NCBI GenBank assembly: GCA_030390025.1
Contig: CM059438.1
Span: forward strand, 70,868,001 to 70,932,000
DNA length: 64,000 bases
DNA from: Squalus acanthias
Taxonomy: Eukaryota
Direction of reading: 5' to 3'
Part shown: positions 49,964-60,612 of the stretch, piece by piece
How positions within the stretch are numbered: position 1 is the first letter of the stretch
Layout of the letters: each line of letters opens with the position of its first letter
Made by a program: the position numbers and the translations under genes
Notes under the pieces: model-generated
Told to the model about the DNA's origin: nothing
The model's database searches: none
The model's input: only the letters and a program-made list of their open reading frames with translations

Positions 49964-52209
49964 CATGGCAATGCCACTATGAGGTCTTTTAGGTCTTCAT
50001 TGGGAAGAGGAGCCTCCACTAACAACATTTCCCAAAAGTGAGGTTTGCTACCTTCCTCCACAGATGTTGTGGTGCGGGTACAGTTTCGGGCGGAAGGGCC
50101 CAGGGCAGCTCTCGAGCAGCCTGACCCGCCGGGCACCTGCCCGCTGGTCGACTCTTCTTCCAAACACATCAGGAATCCTGGTGGCAAACTCTTTCGTTCC
50201 AGTAAAGGGCAAATAAAATGAATAACTAACTGCACCTGAAACTAAAACTCATGAAAGCCCAAGTGCCAACTGGGAACAAAAGAAAAACTTCAGGAATGGT
50301 TGAATTCATTCACCTTGAAAGTGTGTGGGCCTTTTAAATGCACTGCCACCTGCAGGTCCGCCCAATTCCTTTGCCGGGTATCATGCCGCTGGAGCTGAAC
50401 ACGGTGCAAGAGCCCTTTCACTCCCCTTTTTTGCATATATTAATGAAGCGCCCACCTGTTTTCAGCAGGAGCTTCAGAATCCTGCCCCAGGCCCGACTCG
50501 AACACCGAGCATGAGCATAACTCAGCTGGATTTCCTCTCCCCTTCAGTCTCGCGACCATTGGAAAGCGGGACAGTCGCGCGATGAAAATGGCCCCCCATT
50601 GTGTTTTGCATGTCAGAATCATCAGCTTACAGGAAGAACGGGGATGCACCTTTTGGGGTTATGATTCTTCTCTCTCCTTTGTTTGAAGTCATGGAAATGG
50701 CCACTGTGTTGGTGGTGTTGCGTGCCGGTAGTATACGAATTGAAGTGTCATTTACGTTTTGATTTACACACGAGGACAACGCCGTGTTGATGAATATCCA
50801 TAATTCTGTAGAGCTAAGCACTTACATTTGCAATTTGTAACGTCCTAAGAAACGCGAGCTGTTCGAAATGTTGTGAATATTTGATGGGACAAATGCTTGT
50901 TAAGAACAGGAATGGCATTTGGAAACCCTTTTATATCCAGTTTCTAAACACTAAATTACCACCAAGTAGCTTAGTGAGTCTAATGGGTTTGTGAATGGTA
51001 TAAAAAATGCCTTTGTGAATTGCATAAATGATGTATTATGCCTACAACCCCCTCTCCCAAGAAACTAAGGGAATTAAATTGAAGGAATAAAATTAAAATA
51101 CTCAGCATTTGAATGGAAGTTAAAGTAATGCTTCTCTTTCAGGTTTTTTGAACCGTATTCTTTGTTTTGTGTGGAACTGTTACTACATAGTCACGTTAAA
51201 CTCTGCCTTCCTACTCCATCTAATTTTCTTTTTACTATTTAAACATTTATTTAATGGGATGTTATATAACCTTGCTGTCTCGTTGCCAAGAACTTGAATG
51301 TTTTTGAATTTAGCAGATGGTGGTCAGGGTTTTCCCAGTGGAAAACGACATGAAAGGTGAGGTGTTGCGTTCCTACTTCTGCACTGACATCTAAAAAAAG
51401 AGATTTATAGACATATTATTTCATGGAAACAACAAGCTTTTTTGGGAAAGCACGGAGTTGGTTCCTTAACCTGCAACAAAGCCCAATAAATTATAATGTG
51501 ATTTTCCATTCCTTTTATAGAACAATATATTTTGCAAGGTGTGCGTATATACAGCATATTAAGACATTAAGGTCTCTAAAAAATATTGAGAAGGAAAAGC
51601 AATGTTGAAAATACTTCTAGTAAGTCCAGATGCTTCAAGACTCCATTTTATGTCTGATGAGATATTTAATTGTTGTTTCATTTTTTTTAAATAAAGGCAC
51701 AGGTTATAATAAATTTGCAGTTCATATAAGGTTACACGGTTTGGAGCTTGAATGATTGAGACAAATCCAACAATGTTGCAAGAAATATGTGTACAAATCA
51801 TGGCAGTCGATTGGCAGGAGCCAAAAAGTTAAGTACTTGGATCAAGGATTCTTCTGCAAGTCAAGCTAACTGCAGACAAAGGTTTCTACTTTAGATGGCC
51901 AAAATCACATGACGTATTTTAGAACAAATTGTGCTACTGACTTATAAGACCACACGTGCGTCATACTCAACTGACATCTGACAGTTATGGAAGTACAAAA
52001 GTTGCCGTGACCTGTCTGGAATGTAATCTATTATAAATGATGGTCTTCTCTGGCAGTCAATTGCAATGCACATTTTGCAGTCATGTAGAGTGGTTGAATT
52101 TTGTACACTTTAGGCAGAGCAGGCTGGGATAGAAAAGTCAAATGACAGCAGAATCATAAAATATATCCCTTAAAATTTCTCTTATGGATTTGCTTGAAAC
52201 ATGAAAACT

Positions 52210-53240
52210 CTCTTCCGGCCCTAATCAAAGTCACAAATGACATCCTCTCTGACTGGTGGTGTACTATTCCTCCTTGTCCTCTTCAGCCTCTCTGCAGCCT
52301 TTGATGCAGTCAACCACACCATCCTCCTCCAATGCCTCTCCTCCACTTCCCCTGAGCTGAGCTTTTGACCCCATATGCTCTCCATCACAAAGACTGCCAA
52401 TTTACATCTTGGTAACATTACACGCTTCTGCCCCAGCCTTAGCCCAACTACTGTTGAAACCCTCATTGATGCCTTTTTCATCTCCAGACTCAAGTATTCC
52501 AATGCTTTCCTGGTCAGCTTCCCATTTTCCACGCTCCCTAAATTTCCACTGATCCAAAACTCTGCTGTCCTTATTCTATCTGACATCAAGTCCCACTCAC
52601 CCATCACTTCTGTGCTGACCTACATTGGCTCCCAATTCCCCAATGCCTTTACTTTAAAATTCCCATCCTCGTGTTTAAATCCCTTAATGGCAGCCCTACA
52701 ACCACACCAGAACTCTCCATTGCTCCAACTCTGGACTCTTGTGAAATACCCCCATTGACGTAAGAAAACTACTAGGCACTTGGTCTGAGTATTAAACAAG
52801 GCTTTAATCAAATGTTTTTCAACATGGAGATCTAGTTGTGTCCTTCACTAGTTCCTGTTAAAGAATGTCCTGAGCAAGCTGGGCCCATGCCCGAGTATTT
52901 ATACTCTCCCTGGACAGCGCCACCAGCAGGCTGCCCAGTATTATTTCATAAGTCATTTCCACATGAATGACAAGATTCATGTCACCCTCCTTTTGCATCA
53001 CCATTGGTGGCTGTGCCTTGAACCGTTTAGGTCCCACACTCAGGAAATCTCTCCCTAAACACCTCTACCTCCCTCTCCTCCTTTAAAACCGTCCTTAAAA
53101 TCCACCTTTTTGACCACGTTTTTGGTCGTCCCTCCTAATATCTCCTTCTTTGCCTTGGTGTCCATTTTTGTCTGATTACACCTCGTGATGTTCTTCTATG
53201 CTGAAGGTGCCATACAAACGCAGGTAGTTTTTGGTGTTGT
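52210..53240 (+). mobile_element. Decayed L2 LINE, interrupted at 52756-52984
   Basis: LSAAFDAVNH, TLIDAFFISRLKYSNAFL, IQNSAV, LHWLP motifs and L2 3' UTR. Confidence 0.8.
52756..52984 (-). mobile_element. Probable short solo LTR
   Basis: 229-bp insert in an L2 with TG...CA ends (TGAC/GTCA), imperfect 4-bp TSD ccat/ccct, and minus-strand TATAAA upstream of ATTAAA. Confidence 0.55.
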
Positions 53241-55483
53241 TCAGGCCTAACCCACAGTTTGCAATTGAAGCATTAAGAGCACTGATGCCAGACCTCCACG
53301 TTTATGCCAGCTGCACAAAACACAAGTTCCACTGTGACTGCCCTTAAAGATCTGCGCCAATGCAAAATGTTTGGACATAAAACTGCACTCTCAGCCTGAT
53401 GGAACTTTCCTTTAAAGACAGAGGTTAAACACAAATTTAGCCATCGCCAGCTGAACTATGACTCATGAAACATGCGTCAGACTATGGGAATACGCTGAGC
53501 TTACTCCACGGCAACCAACCATGGATTATACTGGGCCTTTTCTCCTGACAACACTCATCAGAATCAATTTAGTGAGATGTCTGCCCTTGTTACCATTGCT
53601 GCTGTCTGTGCCCTATTAAGTCACCACACAGGTGCATACAAAATTTAGTCTTAACAGGAACATTGCATAACTGCTTAAGACGATGTATGATCATCCCGTT
53701 CCAGTGAGAAACAATTGGTCTGGGTTCCCCGTGAGTCTCCCATGAGAATAAATTCTGTTATTTGTGTTAGTCACCATATTCCACAAGGATTATAGGGTTT
53801 TAGAATTTCTTACAACACTTTTGTTAGAATTGTAAGCTCTTTATTTCTAATATTGCCTTAATTGTTAATACAGAGAATGGCTTACAGCAAATGCGACTTC
53901 ACAATTCATCAATGATTCATGTCATAAATTGGATTAAAAATTAATGTGATATCTGCTGATCAATGAGAAATGTCAAAATCAACTTGGAAGAGGACACTCT
54001 TAATCTGAAAACTTCGGATGACTTGCAGACTTGCAAGATGGGCAATAAATTGTAGTCTCACTAGTAGATGTTGCTGACCTGAACTAAAATAGTACATGAA
54101 AGAATAGGATTACTCTTTTGAAATACAGGTCTTCAAGGGGCTATGAGGGTGGAAAATGTGACAATGCCGTAAAAATGTCCACATGGAAAAGAAAGTTCCT
54201 GTATTATATGGAAACAGTAAGTCTTCAGTCATCTCAGTATCAATGCAAGGCTTCCTCCAGGTAGTTCACAGCGTTTCAACTTTGATCTCAGAAAAGCATT
54301 GTTCACCAGCATATTTTCTCGCTTTCAGACTCTGTTCTAGGCTTCTCTGATCCGCAAAGCCAAGTGAAATGTTAAATTATAACAGTTATTTGCTGCGGTG
54401 AGCAAATTGCATTAACCTTTCTATGTGTGCTCATTAAAGTGAAGGATGTCGGTGCTGAGAAATGGAACACTTTTCCACTTTGGCAGCCAGTAGCAGCATC
54501 AAACGCTCACAGGTCAAGTGCAGTGTAGGCCCAATGCACAATAAAGCTCAAGTTACCCTATCATGTCAAACGTGTCTGAACCCCAACCTCCGCAGAATAG
54601 CTTCCATTGCCCCAGTGTGACATTTCCATTTCCTACACCAGCCATTCTTGTAGCCACGAAGTGAGACTGCCAACTTCGTGTCAAATGGTGCTGAATTATG
54701 GGCAGTTTTATGCTGCAGACTTGCACCCACTGGGAACAGGGTTGGCACAGCACAAGCTCATTTCACTTGCAACCGTCGAAGCCACTATAAAGAAAAGGCT
54801 TTCATCCAATCACCCTGGGGCAGGATTCGACCCCAGATCCAAGAACCCACTGTGCACCCAATCGCTCAATAGAAATCATAAATAAAGAAAAATATAACTT
54901 CTGTATGCTGGATTTGAATCTCAGTCCCTGATGTAAAACAAATAATTGTAGGTTTGGAACTGCTTTCTTGGACATATTTTCATCACTTATGTTTCCTTTC
55001 AAATATTTGTTAAATCTAAAACACACTGAATTGGTTTAAAAGAAACAATGCTTTAAGAATATATAACCCTAACCTAAAATGGAGGAATTCTCAAATGAAG
55101 ATTGATTGATAGATTGCTACTTGCACTCCTGCATTTATTAAATGCTCCCAAAAACCGCATTACTGATGCAATATTGTGGGATGTTTTTAATATAAATGGT
55201 GGGGGCAAAATTCGATTAGGCCGAAAAACGGGTGCGGAGATCGTGATGCGCGAGCTGCCCGCGCCTGTTGAAAGTAGTGCAGGCAGCAGGCGAAATTCAT
55301 GCTGCCTGCTCATTACCGTGATTGGCGTGCTGAGCTCAGCGCTCAACAAGGAACTCAATATCCTGTGCAGTCTGCTCTCCATTTAAAGGTTGCCTGTAGA
55401 GTCACAGGCTGTCATGCACTTCTTAAAGGGGGCTGCTCTAATTCAGAGGGACCTCATTGTTGGTGGAGCTAGAGCAATATAAT

Positions 55484-56240
55484 GGCCCGTATTTTCCGAT
55501 CGCAGGCCTCCCGCGGCGGAGGCCTGCGATCTGGAAAAATCTGCGCCCTTACCTGAGGGCGCCCGGGACGCGCACAATTCCGATGCTGGGCCTCACCAAA
55601 CTTGAAGTGCGCAGGGCCCACGTATCCCAGAGGCGCAGGTAGTTCGCAGCGTTCTTGGGATCATGTGGGCCATGGGGAGCCAATCACAGAAGGGAATCTC
55701 CCTTCATACATTTGACAGGAAGACCTGTCAAATATATGAATGGAGATCAATGAAAAAACATAGTAAAACTTTACATAAATTTTTTTAAAATCACATTTTT
55801 AAAATGACTTGAAATTACAATAAATTAAGTATTTTGAACAAAAATCTAATTTTTTGAAAAAAATAATTAAAGTATTTTACGGGTCTAAAAATAAACTTCC
55901 CTTTTTTAAAGTATTTTTAAATGATAAATCAGTGAAAAAAAAAAATTTTTTAACTTTTTTTTTACTCTTATCCTGGTAAAAGCAGGCCTTACGCCTTCTT
56001 TTACCAGGAGTAAGAATTGTTAGGGTTTTCTGCGAACAGAGGGTCTCCAAAAAACGGAACTATCCGCCCGCAGAGGCCCTTCTCCAGGGCAGCCGGAGGA
56101 TCTGTCAAGAGGATTCTTGACAAATCGGAAATGCCGGTTTTCAGCACATGCGCAGTGCATGCCTGAAACCAGCATTTCCGATGGCCCTACGGGTGGGTGC
56201 ACAGCGCGTACCCACCTGTAGGGATCGGAATATCCGATCC
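55484..56240. mobile_element. MITE nested directly upstream of the Myb gene ATG
   Basis: Termini ggcccgtattttccgatc / gatcggaatatccgatcc; AT-rich core. Confidence 0.65.
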
Positions 56241-57902
56241 ATTATGTCTCAACATGGGAGGGCGCCGGCACCTCAGTTCTCCGATGCAGCACTGTAGGCC
56301 TTGCTGCAGGAAGTGTCCAGGAGGAGACGGGTGCTGTACGCGCAGGGAGGTAGGAGGCCTTCCAGGCACACTGCAAGAAGGCAGTGGTAGGAAATAGCAG
56401 AAGCCATCAGTGCCACCAGCTTTGCCCCCAGGACCTGGATCCAATGCCGGAAGAAGTTTAATGGCCTCACTCGAGTGGTCAAGGTGAGTGAATGCATCGT
56501 CCAATGCCATATCCCACCAACTGCGCCACTAGCCTCACACACTGCTCAATGCACCACACCCCCATCACTCACCTACCAACAATCTCTAGCAATCACGACT
56601 CATACCTCACCTCACCCTCACATACGTACCACTACTGCAAGCCGCACACCCACATCTCACACCTTGCAGACAAGGCTAGCTAATCAACTATGACAGGCAC
56701 ATCACTCAAACACATTGCTCCACACTCACTGACACATTTCCCTTTTTCTTGCAGGCCAAGGTGGTTCATAACAGGAGAGAGCAGGAACAAACAGGCGGGG
56801 ACAAGCACAGCTGCACAACCTAACCCCCATGGAGGAGATGGTGCTGGAGATCATTGGAGGGGCCGTCACTGAGGCCTTGGCATGGGCGAGGCTGAAACCA
56901 TTGATGATGACGGTATTCTCATACCTAATCCTTTATCTCACATCCCACTTCCCCCTCATTCCACAATCTCTTCTCACTTACAAGCTGCTGAGAGCATATG
57001 CATGGACATCTTGCTTTCCCCACCCCCCCTCAGCACAACCCGACCCCTGTGCCTTTCTCCTTTCAGATACGCAAGAACTGTCAGCAGCCCAACCTCTTCA
57101 ACAAGAAGTAGTGGAGGAGAGTGATGGAGAAGAAGAGGCACCGTCACTCGATCTGACACTCCCAGGCACCAGGTCAGAAAATGGCACTGTGTGTACTTTA
57201 GAGGGTAGTGTAGGGGCGGGAACTGCACATGGTGAGTCACCGGGCACGAGTGGACTGCAGCCAGGCCGGGGGAAAGGGTAGCACAGGTGCCAGCTTCCCG
57301 GAGGGCAAGGGTCGCACTTGAGTTCTGCTGCACAGGACACAGATGAGGACTTCCATGGGACAGCTTTCAGAAGAAGGGTGATGGGAATGCACACAGAAAT
57401 GCTTGGTGCAATGACAGACCTGCCAGAGAGCCTCTTGTCACTGTTAAGGAGCATGGAGGAGTCCGGCTCCAACATTGCACGGGGCTTTGCACGGAGCTTG
57501 GAGCCCATGATTTCCAGGATGGTAGTGATGGGCAACTCCATTAGAGAACTTGTGGACCCAACCATGATGCTGGGTGTGATGGGCAAGGTCGCAGCTTCCA
57601 TTGCAGCACAACCAGAAGCGACCCAACGTCTGAGTGCTGCAGTGGAATCTCAGACGTCTGCCACGCAAGCTCAGACTGCTGCCATCGTGGCTGCATTTAC
57701 GAGTGTGGAAAGGGGCTTGCAGGGTCTCACAGCAGTCCAGCAATCTGTGCTGCAACAGCTGGCTAGGAATGCTGAGGCACCGCCTGGGGGAGTAGAGCAA
57801 GAACCTGCTGTCCTCTCTCAGGATGACAGCATTCGTACTCCCACCCCTGCCACTCCGTCAGTGCCATTGCAGTTGCCTGTCAACCAGCCAGCCTAGACTG
57901 CT

Positions 57903-58215
57903 ATAATAAAAACAGAAAATGCTGGAGATACTCAACAGGTCAGGCAGCATTTGTGAAGAGAGAAACAGAGTTAACGTTTCAGGTCGATGACCTTTTTTCA
58001 GAACTGGAAAAAAGCAGGAAATGGAACAGGTTTTTAAGCAAGTGTAGGAGCTGGGAAAGGGGGGCCGGGATGAAAGAACAAAAGGGAAGGATAGAAGGCA
58101 GGAGAGGTTAAGAGACATTAAGAGATATTCAAGGCAAAAGGAGATGGTAATGGGACAGGTTAAGAAACAAAAGATGGCTCTAGATGAAGTGTAAATTGCG
58201 CTGGCAGAATGAAAG
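57903..58215 (-). mobile_element. Penelope-like pLTR insertion
   Basis: Homologous to 35532-35860; perfect 14-bp TSD cagcctagactgct (57889-57902 and 58216-58229). Confidence 0.87.
57969..58005 (-). ncRNA. Degenerate minimal hammerhead ribozyme motif
   Basis: AGTT-CTGAAAA-A-AGGTC-ATC-GACCT-GAAAC-GTT-AACT. Confidence 0.55.
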
Positions 58216-58559
58216 CAGCCTAGACTGCTGTCGCCTATGCCGAGGTGGTGCAGTCTACAGCTAGGCCTTCTCGGCCCAGGGCTGATCGAGGTCGTGTGCA
58301 AGGCCATCTGCAGTCTTCCCCAAGGAAAGTCAGTAGCCTTCCACCAGCCATGCTGAAGCCACTGGGGTAGCGCTGTGTAGAAGCACCAGAATAGGCAAAG
58401 GAACACGAAAGACAGGCACTAATGTTATATTGGAATTATGAATTTATAAATTATGTTTGGAATGTTTGTTTTGTGGTGGCTTTCATTTCAGCATTGTGCC
58501 CAAGAGGATGCTGTGATGTTCTGTGGCAGAGGGATGATAAGATGGAGAAGTGTGGAGCA

Positions 58560-59130
58560 ACGTGGATCTGGGGTTTCAGTCGGGGGAACCGGAGTCTGAT
58601 GATGCGCTCACGGAATGGGGGTTTTCAGTCTGTTTCCTCCCTTCCTCCTCCTCCTCCTCGTCCTCCTCCTCCTCCTCTTCCTGCAAAGTCACGTGTGTGC
58701 AGTCGATGACGCCCTGCACCATAGGGAAGCCCGATATCCTGGCAATGCCACGTGCGAGCTCCTCCTGCTTCTCTCTGTTCAAAGAGAAGACAATGAAGTC
58801 TGTCCTCCTGGAGTACAGTGACGTCCCAGATGCAGCGATGGACGGCGAACTGCAAGATGTTAGCTATGTCGCCTGCTCCAGCCTGGAAGGATCCGATGGC
58901 GAAAAATTCCATGCCACGGTCATCTTGAGGGCCACTGGCAGAGCCGTCATCGCCCTGCTCTGAGGCTGCAGGTCTGGTTCCAAGAGGTGGCAGAGTTCTG
59001 TAACCACCTCCTTGATGAAACGGAGCCTCCAAATACACTGCTCCTGCCTTAGGTGCAGGTAAGAGAAGTGCTCCCTGAAGACCCTAGGTGGGTAAGGCTT
59101 CCTGCTGAGAGCCCTCTTCCCCCTCCTCCT
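58560..59130 (-). pseudogene. HARBI1-like Harbinger transposase, internally deleted
   Basis: KPYPPRVFREHFSYLHL...ELCHLLEPDLQP...GSFQAGAGDIANI...GFPMVQGVIDCTHV joined directly to the poly-Glu C-terminal tract, so the rest of the DDE core is missing. Confidence 0.82.
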
Positions 59131-59443
59131 CCTCCCTCTGCGAGCAACTTGTCTTTACTGCCTCTGCTCCATCTCTCTGTCAAACATGGGAATTTCTCGG
59201 CAGTTATGTTTGTAGCCTTCTGTCTATTTTTTTTATATCTGTTTCACCTTGCTGGAGCAAATTGATACGTAATGTACAACATCATTTTGTCTTTACGTTT
59301 TACTGAGAATATTAATGGGACACTCTGCCATCTCTCCCGAATGCTCCATCGAATAAATTGGAGGAACAAAGTAATTACAGGATTAGAAACTTTAGACAAT
59401 GTTTATTTAACATGTAGGAATTTCTGGTGATTAAAAACACGAA

Positions 59444-60271
59444 GGGGGCGATTTTCCCAGCCCTGGGGAGGCGGGTATGGAGGCGGGACTGCTGGGAAAA
59501 TGGCAAAATCTGGGAGCGGGTACCCATCCCGCCCCCAACCCGCCTCTGTCCCATCTTCCCAGGAGGCGGATACCCAACTCGCGCCGGGGCCCGTCTCCTT
59601 GAGGCAGGAAGGGGATTAGTGCCAATTAACTGCCTGTTAACAGGTAGTTAACAGGCAGTTTTTGGGCTAATCCCTATTTTGCCACCTAAAGTGTGGGCTT
59701 CCCGCCAGGGTCAGTGAGGCGAGCCGTGGGTCTGCGGGGGTCAGAGGGGCCGAAAAGTGCGCTGTGCAGGTGAGTGATGAGTGCAAGTGTGGAGAGGTAA
59801 GTGTGTGAGATGAATCTAAAGTGTTTTAATAAGATTACTTACCTTTGCTTCTTCCTCCAGGCTTCATCCCTTTAGGCTGCGGAGCTGCCTCATCTCCATG
59901 GCAGAGAAAGCAGAATGGCCGCTGCATTCTTAAATGCAGCAGCCTTCTGCTTTCTGCTCAGGAAAGCTTTCTAATTGAGTCTTGAGTAAAGACTCAACTT
60001 AGAAGACAGATTGTCAGTGTTTGACAGCTTCACAGAGCTGCCAAACGATGACAATTCATCTGTCAAAAATTTTTGACAGATGAAACGTCATACGCTGACG
60101 TTCTCTGTCACCGGCTTTCCCTTAATTGGCCTGCTAAGCCCGCTGGGTGGGCTAACAAGGTCAATCAAGGGAAAATAGCATGAGTTGGCCAGACATCGAT
60201 GGAGGCGGGACTAAAACCCGACAAGCAGCAGTCCCGCCTCCATCATGTCCCCATTGGCAAAATCACCCCCC
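59444..60271 (+). mobile_element. Harbinger family A element
   Basis: Termini gggggcgatttt / aaaatcaccccc; interior homologous to the other family A copies. Confidence 0.82.
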
Positions 60272-60278
60272 TAGAAAC

Positions 60279-60460
60279 GGATTATCTGGTCAATATCACA
60301 TTGCTGTTTGTGGGAGCTTGCTGTGGGCAAATTGGCTACTGCATTTCCTACATTTCAACAGTGACTACTCTTCAAAAAGCACTTTATTGGCTGTGAAACG
60401 CTTTGGGACTTCCTGAGGTTGTGAAAGGCACACTATAAATGCAAGTTCTTTCTTTCTTTT
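60279..60460 (+). mobile_element. Deu-domain SINE (SacSINE1-like) 3' part
   Basis: gattatctggtc...ttgctgtttgtgggagcttgctgtg...cgctttgggac...ataaatgcaagttctttcttt. Confidence 0.65.
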
Positions 60461-60612
60461 ATGAAGATGATTGGTGTGTTTGAATGATACTCCTCTTCGT
60501 GCAATCTGTGAAAGTTTCACACAAGGTCAGCTTCTGACATCGACCCAGGGAGACTGAAACTGCCACTTCAAGGATACTTCTTGAGGAAAATAACTGCACA
60601 TGTGCGAATAAG

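Larger units (their letters stand above)
56244..58422 (+). pseudogene. Harbinger Myb/SANT-like DNA-binding protein gene, three exons, inactivated
   Basis: Exon 1 56244-56483: MSQHGRAPAPQFSDAAL*ALLQEV...RQW*EIAEAISATSFAPRTWIQCRKKFNGLTRVVK|gtgagt. Exon 2 56755-56912 follows tttcttgcag. Exon 3 starts at 57067 after tcctttcag. Two TAG stops, frameshifts and a Penelope insert. Confidence 0.8.
55200..59185. mobile_element. Decayed two-gene PIF/Harbinger transposon with nested insertions
   Basis: Left terminus gggggcaaaattcg; convergent Myb/SANT gene (+) and transposase (-); right terminus not seen. Confidence 0.75.
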
